A DNA stretch of 64,000 nt. Origin: Nymphaea colorata. Lineage: Eukaryota. The stretch spans positions 41,850,001 through 41,914,000 of the forward strand of contig NC_045138.2 of assembly GCF_008831285.2 (NCBI RefSeq). The letters are read 5' to 3'. The notes beneath the pieces are model-generated. The model searched no databases and was not told where the DNA came from. It saw only the letters and a list, made by a program, of their open reading frames with translations. Shown piece after piece: positions 1 to 10,980 of this stretch. The position numbers were made by a program, and so were the translations under genes. How positions within the stretch are numbered: the first letter of the stretch is position 1; each line of letters opens with the position of its first letter.

Positions 1-175
1 GAAATACACTAACTCATGATTGTGGAGGTTCTCGCTCTTTTGTTTTCCCTCATGCTGTTAGAGGTTTCTCTATGAGTAGAAGCATTGCTATCTATTGGTG
101 AAGTAGGTAACTAAAAATCATTCTCATCTTGTTCATCCACATTTATTTGTAGTACATCATCTAGTGCCCTACTAT

Positions 176-562
176 TTACGCCACTCCTACTGTCACCCAA
201 TGAAGTGGAAGATCATCAAATTTCCATTGCATGCTCATAATATTCCATATTGTTGGCAATTTATATTTTTTTTTATTTGGGTGCTTTTGTATATACTCTT
301 TCCACATATTATTATCTACTCGTATAATTTTTTTATCTACATCCCACCCAAATTTTGAAGCAGTGAGCATCTCTTTCATCACTTGTAAGTCAAGTTTTCC
401 TCCTTTCAGCTTGTTTCTGATTTTCTCTAATGTAAACATTGGTCCATATGCTTCCATCATTTTTTGCTCAACCACCTTCATAGTTGTTTCTTTTAGTCCA
501 CCTGATGTCTGTATTCCAGGAACCTTAGCTTGCTCTAACATCATGTCAAATAAAAAATGCAC
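176..562 (-). pseudogene. Myb/SANT-like DNA-binding domain ORF remnant (type found in PIF/Harbinger transposon accessory ORFs)
   Basis: Translation ...LFDMMLEQ...KIRNKLK...MLTASKFGWDVDKKIIRVDNNMWKEYIQKHP resembles the plant Myb/SANT-like pattern (L..SGFGWD......W..YI..HP). The start region is frameshifted and no transposase partner or TIR is seen. Confidence 0.6.
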
Positions 563-2122
563 TTGATCGTCATCTCACTATAGTTTGTCATGGTGGTTAC
601 TCATATAGTTTTAACAAATAGAAGTTCAAGAAGATCAAGTTTAAACAATTGACATGTGTGAATAAACAAATATACAACAATAATACAAGGACGTTCTTCT
701 TTGAAAGTCACTTTGGTACTCAAACATATTCTAACATTCTACTATTTGAAAATCAAACGACACTAAGAGGAAGTATACATGTTGTTTCAAATTACTTTTT
801 GCTTTGGTTACACAAGATAAACCAGGGCGACCAAGCCTTCCACCAAAGTTTCTCAATTCTGGGAACAACTAAAGAGAGAGAAAGAAAGAGAGAGGAAGGG
901 GGTTGAGGTGGGGGTGCTTGACGGAAGAGACTACATGCAATGACAAGTGTAAATGTCACATGAAGAAAGCAAAACAAAGCATGCCTCCTTAAGCTAGATC
1001 CACATCTGCACAAAAGCAAACCTACAACATCTTTTCAAAATATGTAAAAGCTAAATAAACAGAAAGACAAAGGATCCTCCCTACAGATCGGACAGATGTA
1101 TCAATTGATAGCAGAAGGTATTCCATCAGGACAGAGGAGAAATACATAAATGAAAAATGAACTGCACAAGTAGGGAAAAAATGAATCTCCTGTAGCGGAG
1201 TCAAAATTGAAGCAAGCATGGTGTTTCAGTGCTAGAAATCATCCGTAGAAAAGGTATTAGCCAGTGAATTCTAGGAAACGAAACACAAAACGTGATAAAT
1301 GAGAAAAAAGCGAAAAAAAAGGGGTATGACGTTAGATTTTGGGCACTTGAGATGAGATACCTAAGCGTAGCTATGACATTAGATTTTGGGCACTCACAAA
1401 GGGGCGGAGGCCCAATTTCTATAGGTAAACACTATGAAGGTATTAACACTTATGATCAGCTCAATTTCTATAGGCAAAGCCAAAGTCAAAATGCCAACAA
1501 AGCCATAAATTCACTAGAAAAATCTTACTAGAATCTTGTTCAGCTCTCCAAGTCAAAGACAGAAAAGACTACTCATGATTTATGGGGACTGCAAATATAC
1601 TACCAAAACTCTTTTATTTCTTTTCTCTCTCTCACTCTCTCTTACCGCACCTTCACGATTTTCAAAAGAGCACACCAGCAAAATGATAAAAATTTCGAGG
1701 AACTTACATTTGAAGGACCATCATTTTGTTGTACTTCTTGGAAAGACAGGTTTCTTGGGTTCCTTGATAGAGGACAGTGTTTTAGGACAAATGCCAAAAC
1801 AGGGACCCTTTTTGCCATCATATTCCAATCAAGGATAGGATCTCAGTTAAACTTAAATGAAAGACAATAATTCCCTTCTCTTGAATTACATAAGTAAACT
1901 TGAGTACCATTTGTATGTTTCTCTTTTGCTCTCAAGGACAATACACAAAAGAAAATACTTGAAAGCACTTAGAAATAAAAATCTTTTCTAATACGCAAGA
2001 GCTTCAATATGAGTTGTTCATTCTCAAGAGCATGGGAAAACTGTAGGTCGTATGATCAAGAAATTTATAAAAATGAGACCCTTCTTTAGATTAAGGCAAA
2101 AGTTAGTACCAATGTACAAATT

Positions 2123-5100
2123 TGTTAACACCCCAAATTTTTCCACATCAAAATTGGAGTAATGTGAAAATTTTACACAAAAGAATTATAAAAAAAATAC
2201 AATTTCAAAGCTAATTTCGAATATAAAGAACAATTTAGATTCAAATCATGAATTTAACCCGTGACACAAATCCCAATGCAGGATTACAAGTCTAAATCCA
2301 ATTACAAATGTCATTTGACATCCAAATCCAATTACAAATGTCATTTTAAATCCAAATCCAATTACAAATGTCATTTGCGATCCAAATCCAATTACGAATG
2401 TCATCTTAAATCCAAATCCAATTACAAATGTCATTTGAGATCCAAATCCAATTACGAATGTCATTTGAAATCCAAATCCAATTACAAATGTCATTTGAGA
2501 TCTAAATGCAATTATGAAATTCAAATTTTGACTTAAATCCGAGAATTGGGTCTAATTTAGTCTAACATGCTACATGAGACCCACGTGTGGGCCCCACCTA
2601 GCCCGTGTGGTCAAGAGCCCCCCATGGGTCACGCCCCCCACCCCCACCCCCCCCCCCTATTTAAAAAAAAAATCTCCAAATTAAATGAAAAAATCATTTT
2701 CAAGGAGAAATGAATGAAATCATAACTAGAAACCTAGGAAAACAAAGACGTTTATGCATCTCTCTCTTCTTTAACTAGGTCCTCTTTATGGAGGGTCAAT
2801 CTTCGAAAAGCAATAACTAGGCTGGTCAAACCCACTTAATTCAAGTAGGTTCGACCCTAGTGCACCCAAATATGACACCAATCTTAGCCAGGCTCAGTCA
2901 ACACGAGCTCAGCTTGGCCAAAAAGGTAGGTCTGTCCCGTGACCCAACGTGTGGACAAAAATAGACCTTCACCAGATCAAATCCACTTTAACTAAACTCA
3001 ATCAAAGTACAATTTAGCTTAATTAAGAGCTTTAGCTTAAATTTATCAAATTACCTCAAACAAAGTCAACTATTTGCAAATGAGCTTTGACTTTGGTCAA
3101 TTGGTCGAAATTGACCACTCTGGACAATTTTGCGCTCCTATAATCAAATTGAAATTACAGAGCCTAAATTGGTTTATGCAAGGCCATATACATTTGGATT
3201 TGTCAAACGTGTAAATCAAATAACAAATTAAAATTCAATATTTCAAACCAAAGTTTGATTTAGCTGAAATCCATCTTTAATCAAGTTATGGACAAAAATA
3301 CCCTTTTCGAACCAAATTTGAAAGAATTTTCAAATCTTATTCAAATTTAAATTGAATTGTCATAATTCAATGGCGTTTGGAGCTTAGTAACTAGGTTTTA
3401 ACCTAGCAAGCTCGATTTCAAATAAAGAAAAAAATAAATAGCACAAAATAAGGCAAAACCTTGTACAAGGGCATTTTCATCCAAAATTTTGGTCAAGGTT
3501 GGTCAGCTAGGTCTGAACCAAAGTTGACCAAACCTAACCCAGCCCACCTAGCTCGTGTAAATGGGATAAGAATAATTAAATAGAGCCATTAAAAACTCAT
3601 TTAATCCATTTTCCATCTCCCTAAGCATTGATTAATCTTCCAAGGCAAATTAAAGAAGGTGGTTGAACCCACCTCTTCCTCTATATAAGCCTTCCCTTGG
3701 CCACCAAGGGGGAGGACGAATTTGTGAGCATTTCACCAAGTTGCTGCAGCCAAGGAGCTAGGAGGGAGAAGCCAAGGAGGTGAAAGAAGATTTGTCCAAG
3801 CCTTCTTCCCCCCTCTCATTTTCTTCTTCATTTCCTCTATTCTCTCTATCTAGTTTGCTAAGTGAGGGTGCTTAGGTGAATCCTTACTTAGGATTTTCGT
3901 GGAGAGAAGCTCTCTCTTTCCCATTGCAAATTCCAGAAAGAAATCTATTCTTATTCTAGTTTTGCTAAGCTCGAAGCCAAACTTGGATTCTTGCTTAGGA
4001 TTGTTTGATTTAGAAAACAAGTGAAGAAGAAGATCAAGCATCGAGACCGACCGCAAGGTAGGTGATTTTAACTCATTTGTCATATACTTTAACTTTTTGT
4101 TGGTTAATTTTAATTTCAGCAATTCATGAGAGGGGATTATTTTCATTTATTTTACAGCTGAGAATGATGTTCAGCTAGAAGAAACTTACGATTGAATGTA
4201 CAGTTAATGCATAATGCATGCATGAGTCAGCTTTTCTAAAAAGACTAACCCATGTATCAAATTTTGAAAAGGGCCCCAAGGCCACGTCCCTTTCAAAATA
4301 ACAAGCTTAAAACCATTTTGAACTCTCTACCATGAGAGAATCACACAGTGAGAGTGATTTTGCTGCAACATATGTGATGAAAATGCCTATTAGGATACAT
4401 TCTTATGAATGTGATCCACCCTTGCATCGCAAAATTATGGACGAATTAGCTTGAGTATTGTCTTGTTTTCCTTCTCATTTAAAGTCATTCATGTCTTTCA
4501 ATTTAATTGATTAAGGGTAGTAGGGGAGATTTGAAACAAGCTTTCAATCTTCCTACCTAAAAGAGTCCAGCCATGAATCATCATGATTCATGAGTCATAT
4601 GGTCTCTTGATAAAATTTCATTTTGAAGAGTAGGATATATATATAATATGTGCATGTGCAATCTCTTGTTAAAAATCATTTTTTCATTTCAAAATCAGGT
4701 TGGAACACGTTTCCAAACTGGTTTTTAAGAAAGGATATCATTTTGTTGATTTTCGTAGTACAAAGCTATGAAATCATTTCATTTCGTCTTAAATTTTCTT
4801 TTATAATCAGCAACCTATATGCAAAGTATATGCAAGTTGCTGAAATCAGACCATGCTTTATAAGAATAAGCTTAATAATGTCAAAGTTCATACATTTGAA
4901 ATGCTAATTTCAGCCATAAAGTGGCAAGGCTTTGAGGAACAAAAAAAAAATCTAAACCTATCCAAATCAGCATCTTAAATTACTTTTTATGGATTGTAGT
5001 TCTCATTCATAAGTTTTCAGACTTGCATGAAACTAATCCATCTCCTCAAATGATGAAAAAATTCATTTTCATTTCTCCAAAAAGGAGACCAACTATCCTA

Positions 5101-6367
5101 AAATTATCTAAAGAAGTTGACGATTCCATTGGTGTGAAATCTGAAATTTAAATAGGTTTGAAAGACTTATCGTTTCTATCTAAGAGACAAGCTCTCTATT
5201 GGAATCAATGTCCATAATTTTTAGCTATCTAAATCAATACAAAATCTGATTTTTTTAGCTATTTTGAGACAAAAATGGATGTCATCCACGTCTCCCTTCT
5301 ATTTCAAAATTTTCATTTTGACATTATTTATATATTTTTCATCATTTTGATAATTTTATGTTAAGTCTCAAGCTTGTAGACTGCATCTCTATTGCGTGTG
5401 CTTAATTATATGATGAGCACATTTAGAGAAAATCCTATATTTTAATTAAGATCAATCTTCATGCATAGATTGTATGATGTGTGATTGCAATGAATGAACC
5501 TTGAGGGATTATGAGAGAGTGAAGAATGTATGTTTCATATGAATGAATCTTGAGAGATTATGAGAGAGAGAAGAATGAATGTTTCATATAGTTTCCCTTT
5601 TCATTTTATGCATTCACTTTCATTCAAAATCAATAGCACCACATGTACATTCTCAAGAAGTTAAGTGATTCAAATTTGAGTTGCAAAAAGTGATCAAGTC
5701 ATATTGCAACAAGAATTTGTAAACTTCACTTAGCTTTCAAAGAAAACATAAACAATGTATTGATGATCTTGGTCAAAATGTGTTTAGAAAACAATACACT
5801 TTTCTAACAATTTGGAACCTATGCTTCATCAAAAAAGTAAACTCTACCTAACCAAATCAAAAGAAAAATTCAAAATCAATTTTGTTTGTTAAGGAAACTT
5901 AGCTATTTCCCCAAAAGAAAGTTGATCATAAGAAAATCATAGTTTCAACTCATGAATCATCTTGAGTTCACAACAAAGAACTCAACTTTAGTCTTCAAAA
6001 ATCCCCAAAAATTGTGGATTTCAAATCAAATATTACCAAAATAAAGGTTTTTTTAAATCAACTTGAAAACCCCCCAATCTTCAAATTCAAAACAAGTTCA
6101 AATCACTTATTCAAAATGAATTTTGGTTCTTGAACCTAAAACCTCAATGCACAAGCATATAGGATTTGCATCAATAACTTGTACATGATCCAAATGATCT
6201 TTTGTCCTTGGTCCAATTACCCTTGTTAAAGGCAACAGAAATGGTTGGACCTGGTACCGACGGGCGGATCCCTTTCTTTTAATTTTTTTTCCTCAAAACC
6301 CTAATTTTGAAAGAATATTGTTGATTCGCATTTTGACAACCTTCAAGGAAGAGGTGGGGTGCGAACA
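2123..6367 (+). mobile_element. Solo LTR (4245 bp), probably Ty3/gypsy Tat/Ogre-like
   Basis: Ends are TGTTAACACCCC...GGGGTGCGAACA (10/12 inverted match, TG..CA). Exact 5-bp TSD AAATT at 2118-2122 and 6368-6372. TATA-like CTATATAA near 3681. No coding capacity. Lineage is inferred from length and the TACCGACGGGCG motif near the 3' end. Confidence 0.85.
2291..2520 (+). repeat. 30-bp tandem array (about 7.5 copies) inside the solo LTR
   Basis: Unit TCCAAATCCAATTACAAATGTCATTTGAGA recurs at 2291, 2321, 2351, 2381, 2411, 2441, 2471, with a partial copy at 2501. Confidence 0.95.
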
Positions 6368-6494
6368 AAATTTATCTAAAAAATCATAGTCTATTGCATG
6401 CTAAAGTTAGACTTTCTTTTGCCTTTTAGGTGCCTATATGAAATGCCTACAAAGATTGAGTTGATCAGTAAAAGTTAATAGCCAAGTACTACTC

Positions 6495-6711
6495 TGTTAG
6501 CATCCACCTGCTAACTACGACCCTTACAAGAGAAAACCCCAAACTCCATGCACACACATAGCCCCTAATCTCCAGATTAGGGTTTCTCCTCCCAGAGGAA
6601 ACCCCACTAATTTCTCCAATCCCCTAATTAAAGCTGCCCAACCCTTATTTATACTTGTTCCTGGGCCAGTCTAATGGGCCTGACCCAGGACCCAGGACCC
6701 AATCCCTAACA
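6495..6711 (-). repeat. 3' LTR (217 bp)
   Basis: TGTTAG/CTAACA termini, adjacent PPT, and TATAAATA on the - strand near 6646-6653. Confidence 0.8.
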
Positions 6712-6769
6712 ATACTCCCCCCTTGAAAAGCACCTTGTCTTCAAGGTGTGCTTAGCTAAAAAGAAACAT

Positions 6770-7275
6770 CTATTGGATGAGAAGTCTCTTATTCATGATA
6801 GGTAGCTCTTCTGATCCATGAGATGTGAACTCAACATTTTCCATCTGATCTGGCCCATGTGCCCTGCAATAAGCTTTATGCTTAATCGTTCCCTCAATAA
6901 CCTTTACCCTCGTACACAAGTTGGCCTCCTTGGCACATGAAGGATGAAAGCTAGTTTTGCAGTCATGAAAACTACACATTATGCCACCCTAGTTACTTCG
7001 GCAGAAACAGCAAGTGTGCAAATCTTCTTCGCATCTTCCACAAATGCTACTGAATGGTTGGTGGTCTTGGCAAAATTATGAGTGCTTGTCTGATGAAAAC
7101 CTTGCGACGGCCAATCTTGACAGACTTTCCTTTGCATGAGGAACCAACTGAGAGTAAGACCCTGCGCTTCCATTCATAAAAGTAAACCTTAAAGGACCCT
7201 CATGATGAGTATTTTCAGCATGAACCTCTTCATGTGTATTCTTACTCAAGGAAGAAAACCTTGAAGAAGCAGTGG
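6770..7275 (-). pseudogene. Captured fragment of an At1g77800-like PHD/extended-PHD (zf-HC5HC2H) chromatin protein
   Basis: One frame reads TASSRFSSLSKNTHEE...GSAGSYSQLVPHAKESLSRLAVARFSSDKHS*...CCFCRSN*GGIMCSFHDCKTSFHPSCAKEANL...KHKAYCRAH...HGSEEL. This follows the recalled family pattern (ASSR.SSLRKD...PRAKETLSR...C.TTFHPSCAR...QHKAYCEKH...HG.EEL). Two internal stops. Confidence 0.75.
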
Positions 7276-7391
7276 GCCAGATCTAGTATTAGCCTCCATA
7301 CAGGCTTGATTGTATTCATAATCTATATCCATTGACAAATGGCCAAATGTGCCTGAGCAACTGATGTTCCTTCCGAGAGAAAAGAGGACTA

Positions 7392-7690
7392 ACCAAAATT
7401 TGACAAATATTCTTCAAACATATGCAAAAATGCCTCCACCTTCTCATCAAGCCATTCAGGCTCCTTCACGGTGGACTGAACAATAAACTGCAATCTTCGA
7501 ATGCCAGAGTTGTTCCTATGCATTAGTATCACAATGTAACCATGCTGCTCAACTATATGGAGCTGATGGAATGCTGAGTGCTATGCAACGAGAACAAAGA
7601 GCTGAAGCATTGTATGTAGTACCAAATCATTTGGATCAACCTGAACATAGAATGGTAGTGCAAAATGCTCATCTCCATTCTGGAATGAGT
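7392..7690 (-). pseudogene. Captured fragment of insulin-degrading enzyme-like peptidase (M16A)
   Basis: NGDEHFALPFYVQVDPNDLVLHTMLQLFVLVA*HSAFHQLHIVEQHGYIVILMHRNNSGIRRLQFIVQSTVKEPEWLDEKVEAFLHMFE aligns by eye with plant IDE (DENSALVHYIQVH.DD..LN.KLQLFALIAKQPAFHQLRSVEQLGYI..L..RND.GIRGLQFIIQSTVK.P...D.RVEAFL.MFE). One stop at 7581-7583. Confidence 0.85.
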
Positions 7691-7844
7691 CGACACTACC
7701 TGCCACAGTTTGCCCCTCAATGATGCTGGCTGCCATGGCTCGGCTCCAAGGGGGTTTCTCAGGCTGCCTTGTTGAGCCCTCTTTCCATTCATTGGTGTCG
7801 CCATCTCTGTGCCCTATCACAGGGATGAAGGGATTCTTTGCTGC

Positions 7845-7934
7845 CAGTCCTTCCTCCTTCAACACCTCCTTCAACTCTGCATAGAAGACTCCATCTGCGA
7901 CGATCCTTTGTTTCCTGCTTATCTGAGACGCCAT
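7845..7934 (-). pseudogene. RPS3: Captured N-terminal fragment of 40S ribosomal protein S3 (uS3)
   Basis: [25 protein letters not shown] matches plant RPS3 [25 protein letters not shown]. Similarity stops after about 25-30 codons. Confidence 0.85.
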
Positions 7935-8403
7935 CCTAGAGCCATAGAGGAGTGGTACAGGGACCTCGTCTCTTGACGTGAAGCCGTGCGATCTTTTTGA
8001 CCCCTGAGCAAGAAAGAAATGTCATCTTGAGTTCCCTTCTGATAATTGGATCCAATTCAAAAAAAAATTGTTTGTTAAGACATGAAAAAAAATGACTCTC
8101 CACAGGGTGTTGATTAACATTGAATATGAGGTTGGGCACTGAATAAAGACAATATTTTGGCTTACTTCATTTCAAGACAAAACATATGGACTGATCTGTT
8201 CTTTGGAATGGAGAAGTGCGACACCTAGGTTTGGGGAATGATAGGGAGGTGTAGTTGATGCAACAGAAGCAAGAATTGCAAGAAATTCTAGCATCCAACA
8301 GAGTATTTGGTTATAGTCTAAAATTTTCCTGATACTACCCATCTGTGGGTAGAGTTATACGATCATGTTTTAGATGCAATTATACTTGACTAGTTGCTAC
8401 TCA

Positions 8404-9140
8404 TATGTTTTATTTGATTTTTTATGACTTTGATTTTATCAATAATGATAGACATATCATGTTTTTGAACTTGATGCTAACAAGACTCATGCATATATGG
8501 ATGTGTAACATTTATGCATTTTCCTTTATGTTTTCATAATTATTTATGCATGTTATAGTCACTCCCAAAGAACCATGAGCTCCTACAGATTGGATGCTCT
8601 CCAACTCCTTCCTTAAATGTTTCACTCTCTCCCTGATTTGGCCAACACAAGTTGTATTCCATTTAGAGGGGTGTAATCTGGTTTCTTTTAATTATTTTAG
8701 TAGTCTAATCATGTTGCAACCAAAAGTATTAATGTTCTTAGCCTCTTTGATCATGAGTTCATACTTTAGACGAATATGTCTTATTTGATTTTATTATGAC
8801 TTTGCTTTTGTCAATAATGATAGACATATCATGTTTTTGAACTTGATGCTAATAAGATTCATGCATATATGGATGTGTAACATTTATGCATTTTCCTTTA
8901 TGTTTCCATGATTATATATGCATGTTATAGTCACTCCCAATGAATGATGAGCTCCTACAGAATGGATGTTTTCTAATTCCTTTCTTAAATGTTTCACTCT
9001 CTCCCTGATTTGGCCAATAGAAGTCGTATTCCATTTAGAGGTGTGAAATCTGGTTTCTTATAATTGTTTAGTAGCCTAATCATGTTGAAACCAAAAGTAT
9101 TAATGTTCCAAGCCTTTTTTTATCATGAGTTCACACTCTA
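8404..9140 (+). repeat. Tandem duplication of about 370 bp (2 copies)
   Basis: 8404-8765 and 8774-9140 share long blocks such as TCAATAATGATAGACATATCATGTTTTTGAACTTGATGCTAA and TTAAATGTTTCACTCTCTCCCTGATTTGGCCAA. Confidence 0.9.
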
Positions 9141-9199
9141 GCAAAAATGTTCATGCAAAAAAATAACAAAACAAATATTTGCCATAGCGGCAAGATACA

Positions 9200-10980
9200 C
9201 TATTAGTAACTGATCACAAGCGACCATTATGATCAGAAACTGTCCTAGGCAGAGTGTGCAATGAGGCATTTACATTTTCCGAAAGGGAGTGCATCAATGC
9301 CATGTTTAGTCTGAAAAGCATATTACTCTTACCACTTTTGTTGTAGTCCATGCGTAATTATTCAAATATTTAACAATAGAAAAAGCACAATTATTAAGGA
9401 AGATAGTGAATTCCATACATGAACTAGCATTAGGTGGTTCTCTAGTTTTATCGGTCGGCTTGAGTATTGAAATCTCTCATTAGTAATACAGGTCCATCCA
9501 ATTTCTGCACCTTCATTGTGAGGTTGTCTAGCAGCTCTTTTCTAATAAGTTTGTTAGGATGTAGATACACTCCAAAAATAGTAAAAGAAAAGACTCGTTT
9601 GCCTGACTTTACATGTCTTAAGCCAAAAATGTAGTGAATATCTCAACCAACACTAGCAAATCTAATGGATTCCACCCGCATACTATTCTCGCATGATTGG
9701 ACAACCCATTAAAATTAGAAATAAATTTATAAAGACCATGCTTGCATTTCCATTTGTGAAACTTATCTTTGTTTAACATCGTATCAAATAAGAATACTAT
9801 ATCTGATTTAAGTTTTGGAGATAATAAAAAATCCCCTATTGACCTAGGCTCCTTACCAGTCCACGCACATCATCTCATATTTGAACAAACTAAATCAGAC
9901 AAGCAAAAGAGAGCAGCTAATTCAGATTTTTGATTGTTGTCGAACTGTGCCCTGACCATCATTAGTAGATTCAAACCTCCTTTTCATCTATACTTTCCTC
10001 TACAATCTTCTTTCCACAACTGGTATTAGTTGCAATTTCTTTCTTTAGCTAGTCTAAAATGGAAAATTTAGACTGGATATTAACTAAGTGTTTGCCTTTT
10101 GCTCTCCTTGAATAAAGTTCTTAGAAGAGTTCTACCTTCGACATGCTATGCTTTTCAATGAGATGATTACCTACTCTCCTAATGTCATAAGCAGCGCCAT
10201 GACTATAAGTATTAGATGATCTGGAATGGATTTATTTATAATATGTATGTCGAAACCTGGAAGGGGGAGATAGATTCTCCAATAGCATCTAGTGGCACCA
10301 CTTGATTGAATTTTTTCATTCAAGAAAACTTCTACTTTGTCATCCATGACAAACTCTGAAATAGTGGAGATAGCATGTAGGGGGGTACCTAAGGGAGGAG
10401 ACCTCTCTATGACGAATGATGATAATGTTGATGTAACTAAGGGTGAAGGCTCCTCCATAACAGCAACTAGCAGTGAATTATTAGTTTTCATCACATGACT
10501 ATTTTATGTTCTAGTAATGGACAATGAAACATGTTGAGATTTGTTCTCAATATGTGCTTGCTTCAAGTTCAGGACCGGCATTTCAGAGTTAAGCTCTCTC
10601 TCACCTTCTTGGATTCGACCTCCACGTAATAAAGTCGGGCAAAATATTTAACTTATCTTCAAAACTTCCCATATTTAGTTGAGAAACAGATTCTTCTTTT
10701 TTTTTTTCCTTTTTGCACTCTCATTTCAACATGTTTATCACATACCATATTCCATGATCTGCTTCCCTAGGTCTCTTATGAAACAAGCAAGAGTAGTGAA
10801 TCTGAAAATTTTTTAAGAATCTCTAAAATCTTTGTAAAAATTACTATTCGAAGCTTTCCATCCATCGGTTCCACCATTAGGGACAACTTTTCCTCTTCCA
10901 TAAGAGCTGGAGGCCCTTTGAGTTTATTTCCCATGTTTTGGACATTGGGGGCTTCTAAGGAAGCTCCTTTGAATCTCCAT
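9200..10980 (-). mobile_element. Decayed L1-type LINE (endonuclease domain plus probable ORF1 remnant)
   Basis: The - strand shows ordered APE endonuclease-like motifs: VRGLGKEP (~9860), RIVCGWNP (~9680), FTIFGVYLHP (~9570), GPVLLMRDFNT (~9475; GDFN motif) and LPRTVSDH (~9240). Upstream extent is uncertain. Confidence 0.6.

Larger units (their letters stand above)
6495..7940 (-). mobile_element. 5'-truncated non-autonomous LTR retroelement (gypsy/chromovirus-derived) carrying captured host gene fragments
   Basis: 3' LTR at 6495-6711 (TGTTAG...CTAACA perfect inverted ends). PPT AAGGGGGGAG lies just inside it on the - strand. The HLEDKVLF.GG pol C-terminal motif precedes the PPT. The interior consists of RPS3, IDE and PHD fragments. 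No matching 5' LTR was found. Confidence 0.75.

Noticed and set aside
2246..2536. Repetitive ORFs on both strands (MTFVIGFG / SKSNYKCHL)
   Set aside because: They are translations of the 30-bp tandem array inside a solo LTR.
7581..7934. Functional RPS3 gene
   Set aside because: Only about 25-30 N-terminal codons match. The rest is unrelated linker and IDE sequence inside an LTR element.
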